The notes beneath the pieces were generated by a model. It worked only from the letters and a program-made list of their open reading frames with translations. It was not told where the DNA came from and ran no database searches. Positions 60,201 through 64,000 of a DNA stretch of 64,000 bases are shown one piece after another. The DNA comes from Nemertoderma westbladi (lineage: Eukaryota; Animalia; Xenacoelomorpha), in contig JAUCBJ010000989.1 of the NCBI GenBank assembly GCA_032718475.1, positions 1-64,000 of the forward strand, in the 5' to 3' direction. Both the position numbers and the translations under genes were made by a program. Every line of letters starts with the position of its first letter. Position 1 is the stretch's first letter.

Positions 60201-63200
60201 GAACAGGCGTTGGAAGGGCTTGAGATTATCCCAAAGGCCTGGATGGTCATCCAGTACTCCACCGGTTTCTGGTTGAGGTCTCCTTCGGGCCACCACAGAA
60301 ATCGTAGACTATCTCGATCCCTATCTAGCACCTTGACTTGTAAGAACATGCCTTCTATATCGGAGGCGAAAGCAATCGAATATTGTCTCAATCTTAAAAG
60401 AATTCCCAACAAAGATTGAAGTAAGTTGGGTCCGGGTAACAATTCAGAGTTAAGGGATTGACCCATGTAAAGAGCGGAGCCATCAAACACTACTCTCACT
60501 TCATGTGGTTTACCGGGTTTAGGAACGTAATGGTGAGTTAAGTAATACGTTCTTTCAGTCACAGGTGTTTCTTCCGGTACTCTCTCCGCGTATCCCTTAC
60601 TAATAAATTTCTCCAGCTGTGTTTGATACATTTCTTTAGCTGAAGAATTAGCCGTAAGGCGTCGATGGAGTTGCGCGATTCTTTTTTCCGCCAAGGGTCT
60701 GTTATTGATGAACTTCGGTTCTCTCTTGCGGAAAGGTAGACCGACTTCGTACCTACCTTGATCTTTGAGGAAACGTGTAGTTGTCTCTTGGATCTGCTTG
60801 GCCCTTTCCTCTTCCACCGATAAGGCTTTATCGTAGGAATTGGGCTCTACCGCCTCTTGCGTTAAGAATCGTACGGCATGTTCATCTCGAGTCTGGGCAT
60901 TATAACGCTCAATGACGTCATTTAACTCGTCGTTATAAGCTTCTCATTCAGATGGATAGAGAAGTTGACATAAGTTCACTTGGTTTTGCCAAGCCTCGTT
61001 TTCCTTAAGGAGATCGATGGTATTCTCCTCATCAAAAAGCTGGTGAACGTTGTCGTTATCTGAGGAGTATGGAGTTCCCTCAGTTAGATCGTCTCCCTCA
61101 CTAGTATCATCTTCCCATTCACTCACCTGGCAGACGCGATCTTGCGGTAGTCTTTCTCTGAGTGTTCTTCGGGAAGGTCCAGTAAGGTACCAACCTACTC
61201 TAGTTCTTACCGCATAGGTCTGAAGTGGTTGCGGTTGAGCAGGTCGTTTCTCTAATGTCTCCAGCGCCTCATGCGCGTTTTGACCGATTAATATTTGTAC
61301 TCCAGGATAATCGGTGTCGAATCTAGGGATGTCAAGTTGGTGGACATGATCATCTTCGTCCCAATTATAAGGTTCCACTTGGGTGGTAGCGAAGTTCTTT
61401 ATTGCCACCATTTTGACTGACCTGATACTGTGTTCTCCTAGTTTATCCTGTGGAGTGGACAACTCACCTATATAATAGTCGGCAGCTACAGTAGATTTCC
61501 AAACCTGCATGATTCCTGACATATTTAGCTTGGTTCGGAACTTGGGTTGTCCAGCGAAGATGTCTTCGGCTAGTTCTTTATCAATGAATGTTCCTGTGCG
61601 GCCGGAGTCCAGGAGGGCGTTCACTATATAGCTCTTCTGAGGTCCATGGACCCGTAACTGGACTACAGGAAATTCTCGGATTCCTACATCGGAAGTTGGT
61701 GCTTTCCAAGATTGTTGTTGATCCGAAGTAGTTAAGGTAAAGTCGTTGTCTGTATTTTTTTCATACATGAGCGCTCGATACACAGCGGTATTTATCATAT
61801 AGCAGGATTCGTTTTCGTCGGAGAACTCGTCCGTATAGAATCCTTCCATCTCAGAACCTTGGTCGGTGTCGTTCACATCACTGAATTGGACATGTAATTC
61901 GGAATCGCTTACCTGACTCGGGTTGGTTCGCTCGAATTCAGTGTGCAACAAGAGATGATGCTTCGCACCACACTTAGCACACCTTATGTCAGAGTAACAG
62001 GTTCGCCGTTGATGTCCTTGTCTGAGACAATTGTAACACAACCGCTTATCCCACATGACGTCCCGTCTCTCTTTTAATGATTTCTTTAAGAATTCATCGC
62101 ACATATTCAAGCGGTGAGTCCCGTCACATAGTACACATTTAGGTTTGATGTTACTGACCTTATTTTGGGTGACATTGTGCACACTCGTTCTTTCTTCTGA
62201 CTTTCTCACCTGAATTCTTTTAGGAGACGTAGGAGGGGTTTTTCGTACCGGTTCCCTTCTGTCATTGGGTCGAGACTTGGATTTACTTACCTGGTCTTTA
62301 GGCATTTTATTGACATAATAAGATCTATCAGTGTCTTTTCCGCTATCCTCTCCTTGAGAAGTCTGGCTTTCGCCATTGTCGGTATAACACACTGGTGTTA
62401 CTTTTCTCCTGGAAAGGGGTTTCTCACTTACCTTGTTTTCCGGTGTCTTCTCTCTGGACTGCTTGAGGAGTTGCAATTTCACTTCTCCATCCAAGAATGA
62501 CATGAGATCAGCCATGGTAGGGTCTCGTCATTGTTGTTCCATCATATATAGTACTTTCTTATCCCAGCGTGTGCCTACCCCGCCTTTCGGTAAAGTAGAA
62601 GCCACAGCTCCAATGACCATAGAACTTTGGTATTCATGAGACTTACCTAACCAATCTAATTGTCTACAGATCTCTTGAATCTCATCGGAAAACTCTATTA
62701 TCCCACTGCTGATGAACTTTCTGGGCGCTACTAATTTTGCATATAAATACTTAGCGATATTATTCCTATTACCATACTTGATGTTCAGTGTGTCCCAAAC
62801 TTGTCTTAATCCGTCTGGATGTCCAATAAACTTTAACGCCATTGACTTGGGAGATCCTTCCAAGCACTCGATGAGGAATCTAAGTTTCTCTCCGTTGGAT
62901 AGCACAGAGTCCTGTATGTTATCTTTATAATATTCATTAAAAGGTAACCATTTCATCTCATCTCCATTAAACTTGACGATCTCTCCAACCTTTACCGCTT
63001 GCCGGGCTTCGGTTCTAGCCATTTGTCGTGTAAAACTTTCTTGGGCCATCGTATTATTGAATAGAGAATTATCGGTATATAAATTTCTCGGATTATGATC
63101 AGGTCTATATGGAATATCGCTGTCAACAGGTCTATAATTACCCTTAATAGGGTTTACTATAGGAGTTTCTACTTCGCTAGCAGTATAGATGCGTGTAGGC

Positions 63201-64000
63201 TCCACACCTTGCGCATGGGATACTTCAGACCTAACGGGTTGACACATTGTTACAGAGGGTGGTGGTATACCCTTTTGTAAATTTACTAATTTATCGCGTT
63301 CTAACGCGATACTTTGCTGCACTTCTTGCAACTCTAGTTTACTTTCCCTTACTGTCCCCTTGAGTTGGTGGACAGTCTCCTGCATCTGTCCGAGCAGGAG
63401 ACTCATCCCTCGCCGCCCCTCATCTACCCAATCCACCGCCGAAGCGGGATCCGCCAACGTCGTAGCGGGCAGACGAGGGACCACGGGCGATAAATCCATT
63501 CGCTCGGAGTCCATGACAGGAACCGTTTCAAGGGCTGTTCTACTAGGCAAAGATGGCACAGATAGTTTTGTGCTGTGCAAAGGGAATCTAGAGCTTGTTT
63601 CCGGGAGTACAGGTGTCTCTAGCACCGAAGGGTTGGCTTCGAGAACAGGCCTAATTATTTCAGGCTCATCTACTATAGTAGGGAGTCTGTTTACAGTAAT
63701 CTGGTCTGTGGGTTCTGTACTACCTACGGCTGTGCTAGCTAATTGTCTTCTAACAGCAGGGGGCAAATGGGGCAATTTATGACGGTGAGATGTTTTCCTA
63801 CGCCTGCTGAGACGAGATCTATTTCCTCCGCTTTCAGGATCGGTGGTATCTCCCTCTTCTGATGATGTATAACCTTGGCGTTTGGAAGTAGATCGATTCA
63901 TCATCTGCATTCGATTATCAGTTAACTTTTTATTTATGTGGTCTTGCGTCTCTTGCAGATTTTCCAACTCTAGTTGGGTAGCCTCTTCAGACGCTCTTCA
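57245..64000 (-). pseudogene. BEL/Pao gag-pol of element B: single reading frame with two in-frame TGA stops (62528, 60944)
   Basis: ORFs 62528-63967, 60944-62515 and 57245-60817 share one frame; protease ALLDSG, RT IYMDD, RNase H HVFGDAS, integrase GVDLFGP..SDKGTNF..WERLIRS, DUF5641-like tail. Confidence 0.93.

Larger units (their letters stand above)
50032..64000 (-). mobile_element. BEL/Pao LTR retrotransposon B with a large accessory ORF; 5' part lies outside the window
   Basis: gag-PR-RT-RH-IN in one frame, 1.66-kb spacer, 1417-aa ORF, PPT, LTR; collinear with copy A. Confidence 0.93.

Noticed and set aside
59820-60419. Antisense and alternate-frame ORFs over gag, pol and RPP40 (e.g. 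199 aa here, 30408-30902, 9329-9779)
   Set aside because: Shadows of long coding frames with no independent motifs.

Overview
AT-rich eukaryotic (probably invertebrate animal) genomic DNA; about three quarters of it is a nest of retrotransposons. Host-type genes are an intronless RNase P subunit p40 (4114-5232, -), an F-box gene (45086-46540, +), a DONSON-like fragment and an astacin/EGF-like/LDLa pseudogene cut by an LTR insertion. Three BEL/Pao elements are present. A (~7340-17356, +) is an internally deleted copy. B (50032 to beyond 64000, -) is the same family and nearly intact. C (17605-41735, -) is a different family with 2.2-kb LTRs and an ATAAT target-site duplication. A Gypsy element sits inside C and itself carries a LINE tail, a Helentron-like HINE and a 2290-bp tandem duplication. 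The main finding is that family A/B carries, between pol and the 3' LTR, an intact 1417-aa non-Env ORF with a WRN/EXD-like DEDDy 3'-5' exonuclease domain, CCHC zinc knuckles and a basic C-terminus. It is preceded by a long RNA stem-loop with compensatory substitutions between the two copies. Element C contains eight copies of a 20-nt hairpin motif in different reading frames. All calls come from reading motifs by eye; no database search was run.
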